64,000 nucleotides of DNA from Bdellovibrionales bacterium (GCA_965203095.1 OZ241877.1:800001-864000), one strand, 5' to 3'; positions 18,292-32,720 are shown, counted from the first letter of the stretch. Notes: generated by a model not told the origin, from the letters alone. Translations and numbers: made by a program.

Positions 18292-18428
18292 AAGATATAA
18301 GCCAGAATGAGACAAAAAATTGTGGCCCAGCCCCCCATTAAAAATTTGTTATCTAAAAATCGACCTAAAAAAAATCCAATTGCAATAAAAGATAAAAGCT
18401 CCGAGCTGACAATAAAAAGCTTTTTCAC
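18258..18428 (-). CDS. AtpZ/AtpI-family small membrane protein (56 aa, below ORF-track cutoff)
   Basis: GTG 18428: MKKLFIVSSELLSFIAIGFFLGRFLDNKFLMGGWATIFCLILAYILWFLNFYRHFR; GxxxGxxLD motif typical of the family. Confidence 0.65.
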   Translation of the reverse strand: MKKLFIVSSELLSFIAIGFFLGRFLDNKFLMGGWATIFCLILAYILWFLNFYRHFR

Positions 18429-18432
18429 AATC

Positions 18433-19194
18433 TCAAAACCCCGGCTGATGGCTCCGTCTTTCCATAAGGCGGTTAATCTTTCCCCTAATAAAAGGGTTGG
18501 AGGGGTGGATCTTCTCTAACTCCTTTATAGCAGACGAAAAATCTTTTTGGGACTCATAAATAAAAGCCAAATACTCTCTTAAAAAAGCTGATTCTTCGGG
18601 AAATTGCTCTATTTGCCTCTCAAAAAGCTCTTTTGCTAAATCAAATCGCCCTTCTGCCATCAGGCTCCGGCCCTTTAAGTTGAGTGCCTGTTTTCTTTTT
18701 TCCTGGGAGATTCCATCAAAAAAACATTTGTCTGCCTCTCTTAAAGCCTGTGAATATTTTTTTAAATAAAAAAAACTCTCCGCTATATGATATTGAACAA
18801 AAAACCTTTCCTCTGTCCCTAAAACTTGCCGGGACAAGTCAGTATAATGTTTTAAAGCCTTTTCATAATCTTTAATTTTATAAAAAGAAAGATCGGCCAA
18901 CTGCCTCTGCCATTTTTTAGAGGAAGGCGAAGGGTTCCGCTCAATTTTTAAAAGCTTTTCTAAAATAAAAATCGCCTTTTTTGTTTTTTCCTTTTTTATG
19001 CAAGCCTCTGCCCCACGAGTCAGACGAGAGGTCAGACGAGCTTTTTTCCTATAATGGAGTTGAGGCTGATGGGCCAATTTATAAGCCCTTTCACAACCGG
19101 ACCATGCCTTTAAAAAAGCTATGCCCTGGCCCCAACCCCAAGCTTCTATGGGCAAAGCAGATAAAGACATAAAAAATAAAGAGAGGATTCTCAT
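18433..19194 (-). CDS. Exported TPR-repeat protein
   Basis: Signal-peptide-like N-terminus; TPR helices (IAESFFYLKKYSQA, KGRSLMAEGRFDLA). Confidence 0.75.
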   Translation of the reverse strand: MRILSLFFMSLSALPIEAWGWGQGIAFLKAWSGCERAYKLAHQPQLHYRKKARLTSRLTRGAEACIKKEKTKKAIFILEKLLKIERNPSPSSKKWQRQLADLSFYKIKDYEKALKHYTDLSRQVLGTEERFFVQYHIAESFFYLKKYSQALREADKCFFDGISQEKRKQALNLKGRSLMAEGRFDLAKELFERQIEQFPEESAFLREYLAFIYESQKDFSSAIKELEKIHPSNPFIRGKINRLMERRSHQPGF

Positions 19195-19221
19195 CTCATA
19201 GATGTTTGGCTTTTAACTCTT

Positions 19222-24164
<4,943 letters not shown>

Positions 24165-24226
24165 TTATTATCTCATTTTTTTATCTAAAAAGAAAGCCCT
24201 TTATAGATTATTTCACGGGCAAGTAT

Positions 24227-25726
24227 TTATGGGGGAAAGGGGCTTCTCAGCTCTTTTAAAAAGCAAAAACAGGCCAAAGCAATAAGCAGTAAAAGAGGGA
24301 AAGCTGAGACAATAAGTAAGAGTTCAAGAGCTTTTATCCCACCGAGATAGAGCAGAGCTATGGCCAGCAATCCCTCTAAAGAGGCCCAATAGAGCTTGCC
24401 CCACAGGGGGAATCTCCCTTTTCGGGAGGAAATTTGATGAATAACATAAGAGGCCGAATCGGAAGATGTGACGAAAAAAACAACAATAGCCAAAAGAGCC
24501 GTTATACATAAGGTTTTTGAAAAGGGGAAATGCTTTAAAAACTCAAACAACAAAAGGGAATACTCTGTTTTTAAAAGAGGCTGAAGGTTCATTTCCCCGG
24601 TGAGATGATATTCAATAGCCGAACCGCCAAAAACAGCAAACCAAAAACAAGAAAGTCCGGCAGGGGCCAATAGGCTGGCCAACACAATTTGCCGGACACT
24701 TCGCCCTTTAGAAATACGAGCAATAAACAGCCCTGTAAAAGGGGTCCAAGCCACCCACCAGGCCAAATAGAGCAATGTCCATTGGGATCGCCACTCGACA
24801 GAACCTAAAGAGTTAACTCGAGTCATATTTTTGATCAGATCCAGTAAATAATGCATAGAATGCTCCACAAAGGAGCTGAGCACAAAAACTGTAGGGCCAG
24901 CGGAAAAGACAAATAAAAGTAAAAACAAGCAGATCAAAAGGTTCAATTCACTCAAACGGCGAATCCCCTTGTTCAGCCCAGAAATTAAAGATAAGGCTGA
25001 GCCTACAGTGATAGCAAAAATGATCAGGGTTTGAGTTGTTGAAGAATAAGAGATCCCCCATAACTCCTTAAGGCCGGAATTGATTTGCATACTTCCACGC
25101 CCTAAGGTGACCGCCATACCAATCAAAATCACCACTACCGATACAATATCAATAAGAGATTTTAAAAAACCAGCTGATCTTCCTTTTAAAAAAGGAGAAA
25201 ATATAGAGGATATTTTTAAAGATTTTCCTCTGCAAAAAGAGAAATAGGCCATAATGATCCCTGTCAGGGTATAAATAGCCCAGCCAGAAAATCCCCAATG
25301 AAGAAAAGTGAGTTGAAAGGCCTGAGGCAGTGGCTCTACCCCCGTGGTAGGCCCTGAAGGAGGGTAAAAATAATGATACAGTGGCTCATAAACGCCGGAG
25401 AACAAAAGCCCGGTGCCCATGCCTGCACTAAAAATCATGGCTATCCATGTTCCATTATTGTATTTTGGGGGGCCGGCCCCCATTTTCAGCCGGCCATAAG
25501 GGCTAAGGGCCAGGTAAATACAAAGGCAGAAAAATAAAAAAAATAAAAAAACATAAAACCAAGAAGTATAGAGGATAAAAACATTTTGCCCTCTCGACAA
25601 AACATTGAAAAAACCATTAGGAAATAAAAAAGCCAGTGCTAAAATAAAAAAAATGAGACCACCAGCCCCTATAAAAACAGGATTGCCATTTTTTTTAAAG
25701 AGGATGGGTAGGAGTTGATTTTTCAT
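24227..25726 (-). CDS. BCCT family (betaine/carnitine/choline) transporter
   Basis: MIFSAGMGTGL, FLHWG, WTLLYLAWWVAWTPFTGLFIARISKGR, TSSDS; start likely ATG 25726. Confidence 0.92.
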   Translation of the reverse strand: MKNQLLPILFKKNGNPVFIGAGGLIFFILALAFLFPNGFFNVLSRGQNVFILYTSWFYVFLFFLFFCLCIYLALSPYGRLKMGAGPPKYNNGTWIAMIFSAGMGTGLLFSGVYEPLYHYFYPPSGPTTGVEPLPQAFQLTFLHWGFSGWAIYTLTGIIMAYFSFCRGKSLKISSIFSPFLKGRSAGFLKSLIDIVSVVVILIGMAVTLGRGSMQINSGLKELWGISYSSTTQTLIIFAITVGSALSLISGLNKGIRRLSELNLLICLFLLLFVFSAGPTVFVLSSFVEHSMHYLLDLIKNMTRVNSLGSVEWRSQWTLLYLAWWVAWTPFTGLFIARISKGRSVRQIVLASLLAPAGLSCFWFAVFGGSAIEYHLTGEMNLQPLLKTEYSLLLFEFLKHFPFSKTLCITALLAIVVFFVTSSDSASYVIHQISSRKGRFPLWGKLYWASLEGLLAIALLYLGGIKALELLLIVSAFPLLLLIALACFCFLKELRSPFPP

Positions 25727-25757
25727 AAAAGTTTCCCCTGAGATAAAAAGACTATTC

Positions 25758-26348
25758 CTACACCCCCATAGAACACAATACTTCCTTAACCTGCCTTTTG
25801 AGGCTTTGCAAGTGGCCACTGTTGTCAATAATGAAGTCCGCATGGCCCTGAGCTTGGGATTCGGGAATTTGTGCCCTCCATCTCTGTTTAATTTCTATAG
25901 AGGTCCAGCCTTTTTTTATCAACCTTTGTCTTTTGATACTTTTAGGACAGACAAGCAAAATTTTTTTGTCAAAAGAATCAAACATTTTTAAAGATATGAG
26001 AGGGGCTTCATAAAAAACCCAGCTTTCCCCAGAGTTTTTTTGATGATCCCGCCATTTTTTAAAAGACTCCCTGATCAAAGGGTAAATAATGGCGGAAAGG
26101 GCCTTTCGCTTATCTGCATTTTGGAAAATATCCTTTGCCAGCTGTTTTCTATCCCACTCGCCATTAGATTTAAAAAATCGATCCTCATTAAAAATCTGCT
26201 TTAAACGGGAATAACAGGGGCTTTTAATGCTCATAAGCTCTCTCGCCTTTGTGTCCGCTTTAAAAACAGGGTAGGATTGAGCCTCTAAACAAGCAATTAC
26301 AGTGCTTTTCCCCGATCCCATAGAACCCGTCACTAAAACCGTTGTCAT
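25758..26348 (-). CDS. coaE: Dephospho-CoA kinase
   Basis: TGSMGSGKST, ADxxA, DRKQL, EAPL, ADFIIDNSG. Confidence 0.9.
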   Translation of the reverse strand: MTTVLVTGSMGSGKSTVIACLEAQSYPVFKADTKARELMSIKSPCYSRLKQIFNEDRFFKSNGEWDRKQLAKDIFQNADKRKALSAIIYPLIRESFKKWRDHQKNSGESWVFYEAPLISLKMFDSFDKKILLVCPKSIKRQRLIKKGWTSIEIKQRWRAQIPESQAQGHADFIIDNSGHLQSLKRQVKEVLCSMGV

Positions 26349-26457
26349 ATTGTTGATGAGAATACTGGTAGTTAAAGGATTTTTTTAGTCCCAAACCAAT
26401 GAAAAAGCCTTTAAAGGCTATTTTTTTCAAAAAAAAGGCTCACTCACAGGCAAACTT

Positions 26458-26485
26458 TAAAGTCTATAGCCAAAAAAGCCGATAA
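26458..26485 (+). promoter_or_regulatory. Putative sigma28 (FliA)-type promoter of the kinase-pilin operon
   Basis: TAAAG-N15-GCCGATAA; -10 box matches the sigma28 consensus exactly. Confidence 0.6.
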
Positions 26486-26494
26486 TTTTATTAG

Positions 26495-28441
26495 ATGAAA
26501 TTTACAGAATTTGGAAAATACACCATCATTAAGAAACTGGCCTCTGGGGGCATGGCTGACATTTTGTTGGCCTGTGATTTAAGCCCCGCGGGTTTTGGCC
26601 GATTTGTGGTCATTAAACGAGCTTTGTCAAAGTTTTCTGAAAATGAAGAATTTAAGGACATGTTCAAAAATGAGGGGAAGGTGGCCAATAGCCTCAAACA
26701 CAGCAACATTACCCCCATTTATGAATTTGGGATCCAAAAAGACCAATTTTTTCTCTGTATGGAATATATTTCCGGAAGAAATGTCCGAGAGCTTATTAAA
26801 AAATTACAACTTTACAAAAGCTCTATCAGTATTCCCAACGCGGTTTACATTATTAAAGAGGTGGCCTCTGGTTTGAATTACGCCCACAATGCAGTGGATC
26901 CCAACACGGGACGACCTTTAAACCTTATCCATAGGGACATCAGCCCCCAAAATATCATGTTGAGCTTTGACGGAGAGGTAAAACTTATTGACTTTGGAAT
27001 TGCCAAAATAGCCGACACCAATTTGACTCGAGTAGGCCATCTGAAGGGAAAGTTCAGCTACATGAGTCCAGAGCAGGCCAAGGGCGAACCATTGGACGCT
27101 CGGACAGATATTTTCTGCATGGGGATCATTTTGTGGGAGCTCTTGACTGGCAAAAGGCTTTTTGCTTCGTCAAATGACCTCAACTCTTTAAAAAAAGTTA
27201 AAGTTTGCGATGTTCCTTCAGCACAAAAAATCAATCCGGAGATCCCTACCGCACTCAATCATGTGATTCAAAAGGCTTTAAGCAAAAATAAAAATTCAAG
27301 ATACAAATCGGCCGCAAATATGGAGCAAGATCTGACAGTATTTTTAAATAAAAACTATCCAGAATATTCTCGCTATGAGTTTATTTCCCTAATAAAAAAA
27401 GTTTATCGAAAAGAAATAATGAAAGAGCGGGAAGACTTGAAAACCTATTCCTCTAAATTTAACATATATAAAAATGAACGAAACAAAGAAGAGGGCTTAA
27501 GCCCACAAACACAACACTTGAGTATTCCCGATATATCTATATTAGACCCGGCCCCTAAAGCACCAACAGAAACAAAAAGTTGGTTAAATGAAGAAGAGAA
27601 CAGGTCTTACAACAGCCAGTTTATCACACAAACCAAAAAGACGAAATCATTTACAAACAGTCAAGAAAAAGAGGAGAATAGTTCCACCTTAATCCAAAGG
27701 CAAGACTTCAAAACAGAGACTTCAGCAAATGACCAGACATTGAGTCGCTCATTGACTGATGAGACTCGTCAGCCCCAACTTGTTGCAAAAAATAATGACT
27801 CGATCCAGTTGAAAATGGAAAGCCAATACAAAATGGCTAAAACTCAAAGTCCTCCTTTTAATCAGGGGACTTTAAACACTGATCTGTCTTTTAAAAAAGC
27901 CACAGCTCTTTACGATAAGAAAAAATTTATAGAACAAATTGCAGAAAACAAGGATGAAAACCAAACCTCTTTGTTTTTTTTGATTATGGCGAGTGTTTTA
28001 TTTTTAGGGGGTGGTTCTTTTGCTATTTTTTGGTTGATAAAAAATGACAATGTGATGGAATGGTTAGGGGCAGGAGGCGGAACATCCCCTCCCTCTGTTC
28101 AGCAAGGTTTGCCTAAATCCATTCCGGCCCCGCATTCTGCTGAAAAGGCTTTTGCTAATAAGCAGATAACTAACCCACCGGCTCAGAGAAAAATATTTAT
28201 CAACTCCAAACCCTCAGGTGCGGCCATTTTTGTAAATGGTCAATTTTTGTCTAAATATACCCCTTCTGTAGTCAGTTTGAGTGCCAAAAGCATATCACAT
28301 ATCACTATTAAAAAAGAGGGCTACTTCCCTAAAAAAACTGTATTTAATCCACAAAATCAAAGCCAAAGCTCTTTAAGTGTCAGTTTAAGAGCTGATCCTC
28401 AAAGGGATCTCTCTTCGGAAAAAACCTATATTAGACAATAA
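26495..28441 (+). CDS. Transmembrane Hanks-type Ser/Thr protein kinase with C-terminal PEGA domain
   Basis: GGMA, HRDISPQN, DFG, GKFSYMSPEQ; Thr/Ser-rich linker; TM; PEGA-like 'INSKPSGAAIFVNG...TP...KKEGY'. Confidence 0.92.
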   Translation: MKFTEFGKYTIIKKLASGGMADILLACDLSPAGFGRFVVIKRALSKFSENEEFKDMFKNEGKVANSLKHSNITPIYEFGIQKDQFFLCMEYISGRNVRELIKKLQLYKSSISIPNAVYIIKEVASGLNYAHNAVDPNTGRPLNLIHRDISPQNIMLSFDGEVKLIDFGIAKIADTNLTRVGHLKGKFSYMSPEQAKGEPLDARTDIFCMGIILWELLTGKRLFASSNDLNSLKKVKVCDVPSAQKINPEIPTALNHVIQKALSKNKNSRYKSAANMEQDLTVFLNKNYPEYSRYEFISLIKKVYRKEIMKEREDLKTYSSKFNIYKNERNKEEGLSPQTQHLSIPDISILDPAPKAPTETKSWLNEEENRSYNSQFITQTKKTKSFTNSQEKEENSSTLIQRQDFKTETSANDQTLSRSLTDETRQPQLVAKNNDSIQLKMESQYKMAKTQSPPFNQGTLNTDLSFKKATALYDKKKFIEQIAENKDENQTSLFFLIMASVLFLGGGSFAIFWLIKNDNVMEWLGAGGGTSPPSVQQGLPKSIPAPHSAEKAFANKQITNPPAQRKIFINSKPSGAAIFVNGQFLSKYTPSVVSLSAKSISHITIKKEGYFPKKTVFNPQNQSQSSLSVSLRADPQRDLSSEKTYIRQ

Positions 28442-28767
28442 TGAGGGACATAATGTTTTTTTTGAGAAAAAAGCCCAGCACCTCCTCTCAAAATAAAGGC
28501 TTAAAAAGAGCTTTTTTAAAAAGTCGTTCCGGACAGGTCACAGTGGAGTATATCCTTTTAGGAGCTGTTTTGGCCTTCCTATTTAAATTGGTGACAACTT
28601 CTAACCCGTTAAAAGACTCATTACAAAATTTTCAAGAGACACCTTATAAAGTATTTAATAATTTGTTGGAGACCGGAAACTTAATCTCTGATGGACCAAC
28701 TGGACCAACCGCCACAGAACAGCATCCCAATAATCATAAATTGCATTACACTTCTGATGGAGAATAA
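28441..28767 (+). CDS. Small Tad/Flp-type pilin-like protein
   Basis: Class III signal: basic leader, G|QVTVEYILL, hydrophobic helix. Confidence 0.7.
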   Translation: MRDIMFFLRKKPSTSSQNKGLKRAFLKSRSGQVTVEYILLGAVLAFLFKLVTTSNPLKDSLQNFQETPYKVFNNLLETGNLISDGPTGPTATEQHPNNHKLHYTSDGE

Positions 28768-28776
28768 ATATCGCTT

Positions 28777-30096
28777 ATGAAAAAGTCTACATTTAATAGA
28801 TCGCATAAGCAAAAGTCCAGCTTGTTCGGGACGGCAATACCTTGGACCCTCACCGCTGGCTTTTGCTCATGCGATAAAGGACAGATCTTTTTTACGAAAG
28901 GATTAAGAGTCGCCTATGAAAAGCCTTGTTCTTTAATTTCTTTATCCAAAGGCCCTGCCCTTTCGGGCTCCCGCCAAGTCTTTACCCAAAATCCCGTCAT
29001 TCCCGCCTTGAGCGGGAATCCATTCCTCTCAGACCCTCACCATTCGTTATTCCCGCTTAGCTTTTCGGATTGCCCCCGGCAATTCTCAATCCCACGAAAG
29101 CGGGAATCCATATTTAGTTTATCTTTTTGTCCAAAGTCCGTTCCATTTCGGGACGGGAATACCTTGGACCCTCATGGAACGGACTTTGGACAAAAGCACT
29201 TAAGCAAGCTCTTCCCAGGATTAGTCTTTCCAAAAAAGCCAGTTGCTCCCGTGAAGAACCTTTTCGGCTTGCCCCCGGCAAGTCTCAATCCCGTGAAAAA
29301 CTTCGTCATTCCCGTGAAAACGGGAATCCAGAAATCTCTATCTTTCCTGCAAAATTTATTAAAAAGTCTCAGGTCTTTTCGGATTCCTGCTCAAGGAAGG
29401 AATGACTATTCTTGTCGTGGGAAAATACCTTCCCGGGAAAAAGGTTTTGTGACGATTCCTTTTCTTTTGGTTTCAATTATTATTTTATTTTTGATTCTCT
29501 CTTTTTTTAGGCTCACTTTCACTTTGGTTCATGCCAGTGTGGCTCAGTATATCGCCTATTCCACCTCCCGAAAACTGGCTTTGGGAGGGAAAAATAAGAA
29601 TGGGTTTATTAAGGCAGATGGCCATTATGTCAAACTCCATAAAAAGTTTTTTAATAATGCTTTTAAAGCTAATAGTAGTGATTGTAGTGAGGGAGGGCTT
29701 GATATGTTTACAATCTGCTCTACTAAAGACGGTCTTATTGGAAAAGGAGACTCGATAGGAAAAAAGAGTGAACGTGAGCGTGATTATAAAAGTAATCATC
29801 CTAATAAAACTTTATTTTATGGGGTAGGAGTTCTTTTTGATTATAATAAGGCACTGAGATTTAAAATCCCTTTCTTATCGAAAAACTCAAACATCTCGCC
29901 ACCGGAATATGCCATTATCAATTCTTTTTTAGGACGAGAGATTTCTCAAGATGAGTGTGATGATTATAGTAATAGTTTTTTCAAACAAAGGAATACATTT
30001 ATCTATAGTATGATAAAGGAAAATAGAAATTCACAAATTCTTGATGGCTTTGAAGCTAATAAGATAAAAATAAATGGAGGTGACAATGGCTGTTAA
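28777..30096 (+). CDS. TadE-like pilin-related protein with ~200 aa of repeat-derived sequence in its N-terminal leader
   Basis: KG|FVTIPFLLVSIIILF... prepilin-like segment near aa 221; upstream codons correspond to the palindromic repeats; ATG 9 nt after the previous stop. Confidence 0.65.
   Translation: MKKSTFNRSHKQKSSLFGTAIPWTLTAGFCSCDKGQIFFTKGLRVAYEKPCSLISLSKGPALSGSRQVFTQNPVIPALSGNPFLSDPHHSLFPLSFSDCPRQFSIPRKRESIFSLSFCPKSVPFRDGNTLDPHGTDFGQKHLSKLFPGLVFPKKPVAPVKNLFGLPPASLNPVKNFVIPVKTGIQKSLSFLQNLLKSLRSFRIPAQGRNDYSCRGKIPSREKGFVTIPFLLVSIIILFLILSFFRLTFTLVHASVAQYIAYSTSRKLALGGKNKNGFIKADGHYVKLHKKFFNNAFKANSSDCSEGGLDMFTICSTKDGLIGKGDSIGKKSERERDYKSNHPNKTLFYGVGVLFDYNKALRFKIPFLSKNSNISPPEYAIINSFLGREISQDECDDYSNSFFKQRNTFIYSMIKENRNSQILDGFEANKIKINGGDNGC
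28800..29406. repeat. Array of palindromic repeat modules (2 core hairpins, several REP-like units, 2 TTGCC-CCC-GGCAA hairpins)
   Basis: Hairpins 28800-28875 and 29125-29195; REPs 28996-29021, 29088-29109, doublet 29305-29406; modules 29062-29093 and 29261-29292. Confidence 0.9.
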
Positions 30097-30559
30097 TAAA
30101 AAGAAACGAAAAGCTAAGCAAAAACATTTTTTGCGATCTTCCCGTGGGGTGGCGGTGGTGGAAATGTTGCCACTGTTATTTATTTTTGTCATGTTTTTTG
30201 GCATTACTTTTGGCTTTTGGTCAGCTATTCACAAAGCCACTTTGCACAGCATAGCCGCTCGTCATTACGGCTTTGAAGTGATCCATAATCGCTCCGATTT
30301 GTATTATCATAGAGATACGGATACGGGAAAACCAAATAAAAATTATTATGGAAAACCTAATAAAGGTCTCCGTTATTTTGCTATTGTTGAACATCAAACC
30401 GTCGATCCAGAATTAAAACCAAGAATTAATAAATTAAATTTATTTGACAAAGGAGAACTGACAATAAATTCAATACAAGATCCAACTCTAGAAGTTAATC
30501 CCATTAAGCTTAAAATAGGTTATGGTATCTGTATAGATTATGAATGTGGCGGGTTATGA
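30086..30559 (+). CDS. TadE-like pilin-related protein
   Basis: Basic leader, G|VAVVEMLPLLFIF.., AAR motif, C-terminal Cys pair; RBS GGAGG before ATG 30086. Confidence 0.75.
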   Translation: MAVNKKKRKAKQKHFLRSSRGVAVVEMLPLLFIFVMFFGITFGFWSAIHKATLHSIAARHYGFEVIHNRSDLYYHRDTDTGKPNKNYYGKPNKGLRYFAIVEHQTVDPELKPRINKLNLFDKGELTINSIQDPTLEVNPIKLKIGYGICIDYECGGL

Positions 30560-30665
30560 CGGTGTTGTCTTCTCTTCCATAAACTCAGCAAGAATCCCCC
30601 TCATTTTTTTGGGCTTGCCCAAAAGCCTTCTTCTTTGGTATAGAGTAAACACTTCATGAGGATAG

Positions 30666-31124
30666 ATGATGACACGAGGCATAATTTATAAAACCTATAA
30701 AAAAGTGGAACAACTGCATAAAAAACACTTAAAAAGACATGGAGTAAATCTCCCAAAATTGAAAAATAACAAAGGATCATACACCAGAGATGCGTTGGTA
30801 TTAATATACCTAAGTCAAGGCTATCCTCATACTAAAAAAGCAACAAAAAAGGAATTAACCCAATTTATAAGAAAATATTATCCTGACACAAGTGATGTTC
30901 AACAAGGAAGGCATTTAGGAGCACAAAAAGGATGGTGGATTTTAGCAGGAGGAAGAGACAATATTGTCTTATCCTTAAAACGAGGAGAATATCAGCTTTA
31001 CACATTAGAAAAACCCTACCCTGGGTTTAAGCAAAGCAGGAGACAAATAAAATCCCTTAAAAGGCAAGCCCCCTGGCCAACTGAGATAGAAAATGAAAAA
31101 ATACATAAACAAAATTATTCATGA
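30666..31124 (+). pseudogene. Probable truncated type II restriction endonuclease (N-terminal part only)
   Basis: Overlaps the start of a DNA MTase; 'DVQQGRHLGAQKGW' resembles REase-annotated proteins (from memory); no CxxC/HNH or PD-(D/E)xK region before the stop. Confidence 0.5.
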
Positions 31125-32076
31125 TGATGCTCTTAATTTTTTGCCAAAATTAAAAAGCAATTCCATAGATATTATACTGACAGATCCTCCCTATTTCTTA
31201 GATAAAATGGATCATACTTGGAGTGCTAAAAAGGTAATCAGCCCTAAAAAACCTTATGCTATAAAACACCTGCCAGCAGGTATGAAGTTTGACAGAGAGC
31301 AAGGAAAAACCTTTTATTCATGGTATTTAAAAGTATCAGAAAATCTTTTTAGGGTTTTAAAACCAGGAGGATTTTTCTTTTCTTTTTCCAGCCCCAGATT
31401 GTATCACAGGATGACTTGTGCTATTGATGATGCAGGATTTGAAATAAGAGACTGTTTTATATGGCTTTATACACAAAATCAGCCCAAAGCAATGAGCCTT
31501 CATCATTTTATTAACAAAACAAATAAACCTGAAGAAGAAAAACAGAAACTCAATAGCAAATTTAAGGAATGGAAAACTCCACAGGTAAAATCCTGTTATG
31601 AACCGATTGCAATGGCTCAAAAACCTATAGAGGGAACTTATTTAGAAAACTCAATAAAATACAATGTTTCTTTAATCAATACAAAAATAAAGCAAGGGCA
31701 GAATAAAGATATGTTTGCATCAAATATCATGACAAGTGAATACATTAACCACAAAATAGATAAGGTTTTTTTAGTAGATAAACCAAAAGAAAATGAAAAA
31801 GGCTCTTTTAATAATCATAAAACAGTAAAACCCTTATCATTATTTAGATACTTAATTAGTCTAACTACAAAACCTAAAAGTATAGTATTGGATCCATTTA
31901 TAGGTAGTGGCACAACAGCTATAGCTTGTAGGGAGCTTAACAGGAAATTTATAGGAGTGGAAATCAATAAACAATATATTGATATTTCCACTACAAGATT
32001 AAGTAAGCTAAAGAGATCAAAAACACAACAAAAAAAGGAATTTATTCCCGGACAAAAAGAGCTTTTTACAATTTAA
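31093..32076 (+). CDS. N4-cytosine/N6-adenine DNA methyltransferase, beta class
   Basis: DPPY precedes H.TVKP and LDPFIGSGTT (motif order IV...I). Confidence 0.92.
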   Translation: MKKYINKIIHDDALNFLPKLKSNSIDIILTDPPYFLDKMDHTWSAKKVISPKKPYAIKHLPAGMKFDREQGKTFYSWYLKVSENLFRVLKPGGFFFSFSSPRLYHRMTCAIDDAGFEIRDCFIWLYTQNQPKAMSLHHFINKTNKPEEEKQKLNSKFKEWKTPQVKSCYEPIAMAQKPIEGTYLENSIKYNVSLINTKIKQGQNKDMFASNIMTSEYINHKIDKVFLVDKPKENEKGSFNNHKTVKPLSLFRYLISLTTKPKSIVLDPFIGSGTTAIACRELNRKFIGVEINKQYIDISTTRLSKLKRSKTQQKKEFIPGQKELFTI

Positions 32077-32112
32077 GCATTTTTAAACTATCCTTTTTTA
32101 GTTCAGGAAATA

Positions 32113-32706
32113 TTACTTGATCATAAAAGCCATATATCTTGAAAAAGAATGTGTTTTATAATCAAAGTTCAGTTCTCCGGAAAAAAGCAGTTGGCTGTGG
32201 GGGAATTTATCCTTCAGCTCTTCTTTTGAATGAACAGGGGCAATATGCTCTTTGTGCAGGAGATCACATGCTTGAAGAGCAATAGTTTTTCCAGTAGGAA
32301 TATTGTCATACCACAGCCGGGAGGAAAAGTGCTCAACAGAAGTGTTGATGATAATATCAGGCTTTTCGGAATCGGCAAAAGCCAAATCTTTATAATCCAA
32401 CTGATTGCAGTCTATGGTTTTGGCTTTAAACTTCCAAGCCCGGCAAAGCCAGTTTTCATTAAGGCTATCCGCTATTTTTTCGGAGAGAGGATCTTTGTCA
32501 AATAGCCGGATGGTTTTAATTTTTAAATTCTCCCGGCTCAGCAATAAAAAAGGAAGGAGCCCTACCCATCCACCCAAAATCCATATTGTTTGAGATTCTT
32601 TTTTGCTAATAAAAAGCTTTTCCAACTCCCGGCAAAGCCAAAGCTTGGATTCCACCTGGCCTGATGAAAAAACATCTCGGCTAAGCTTTATATTGTTTTC
32701 TTTAAT
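32113..32706 (-). CDS. Class I SAM-dependent methyltransferase-like protein (start uncertain)
   Basis: DVFSSGQVESKLWL, ILGGWVG, FDKD, IINTSVEH; frame is open upstream of the GTG at 32655. Confidence 0.6.
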   Translation of the reverse strand: MKENNIKLSRDVFSSGQVESKLWLCRELEKLFISKKESQTIWILGGWVGLLPFLLLSRENLKIKTIRLFDKDPLSEKIADSLNENWLCRAWKFKAKTIDCNQLDYKDLAFADSEKPDIIINTSVEHFSSRLWYDNIPTGKTIALQACDLLHKEHIAPVHSKEELKDKFPHSQLLFSGELNFDYKTHSFSRYMAFMIK

Positions 32707-32720
32707 CTTCCTCTCCTCCA

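Noticed and set aside
18307..18519. 70-aa plus-strand ORF
   Set aside because: Antisense to the AtpZ-like and TPR genes, which have recognisable motifs
28800..29406. CRISPR array or integron attC cassette array
   Set aside because: Repeats are heterogeneous and irregularly spaced, with no unique constant-length spacers, cas genes or integrase
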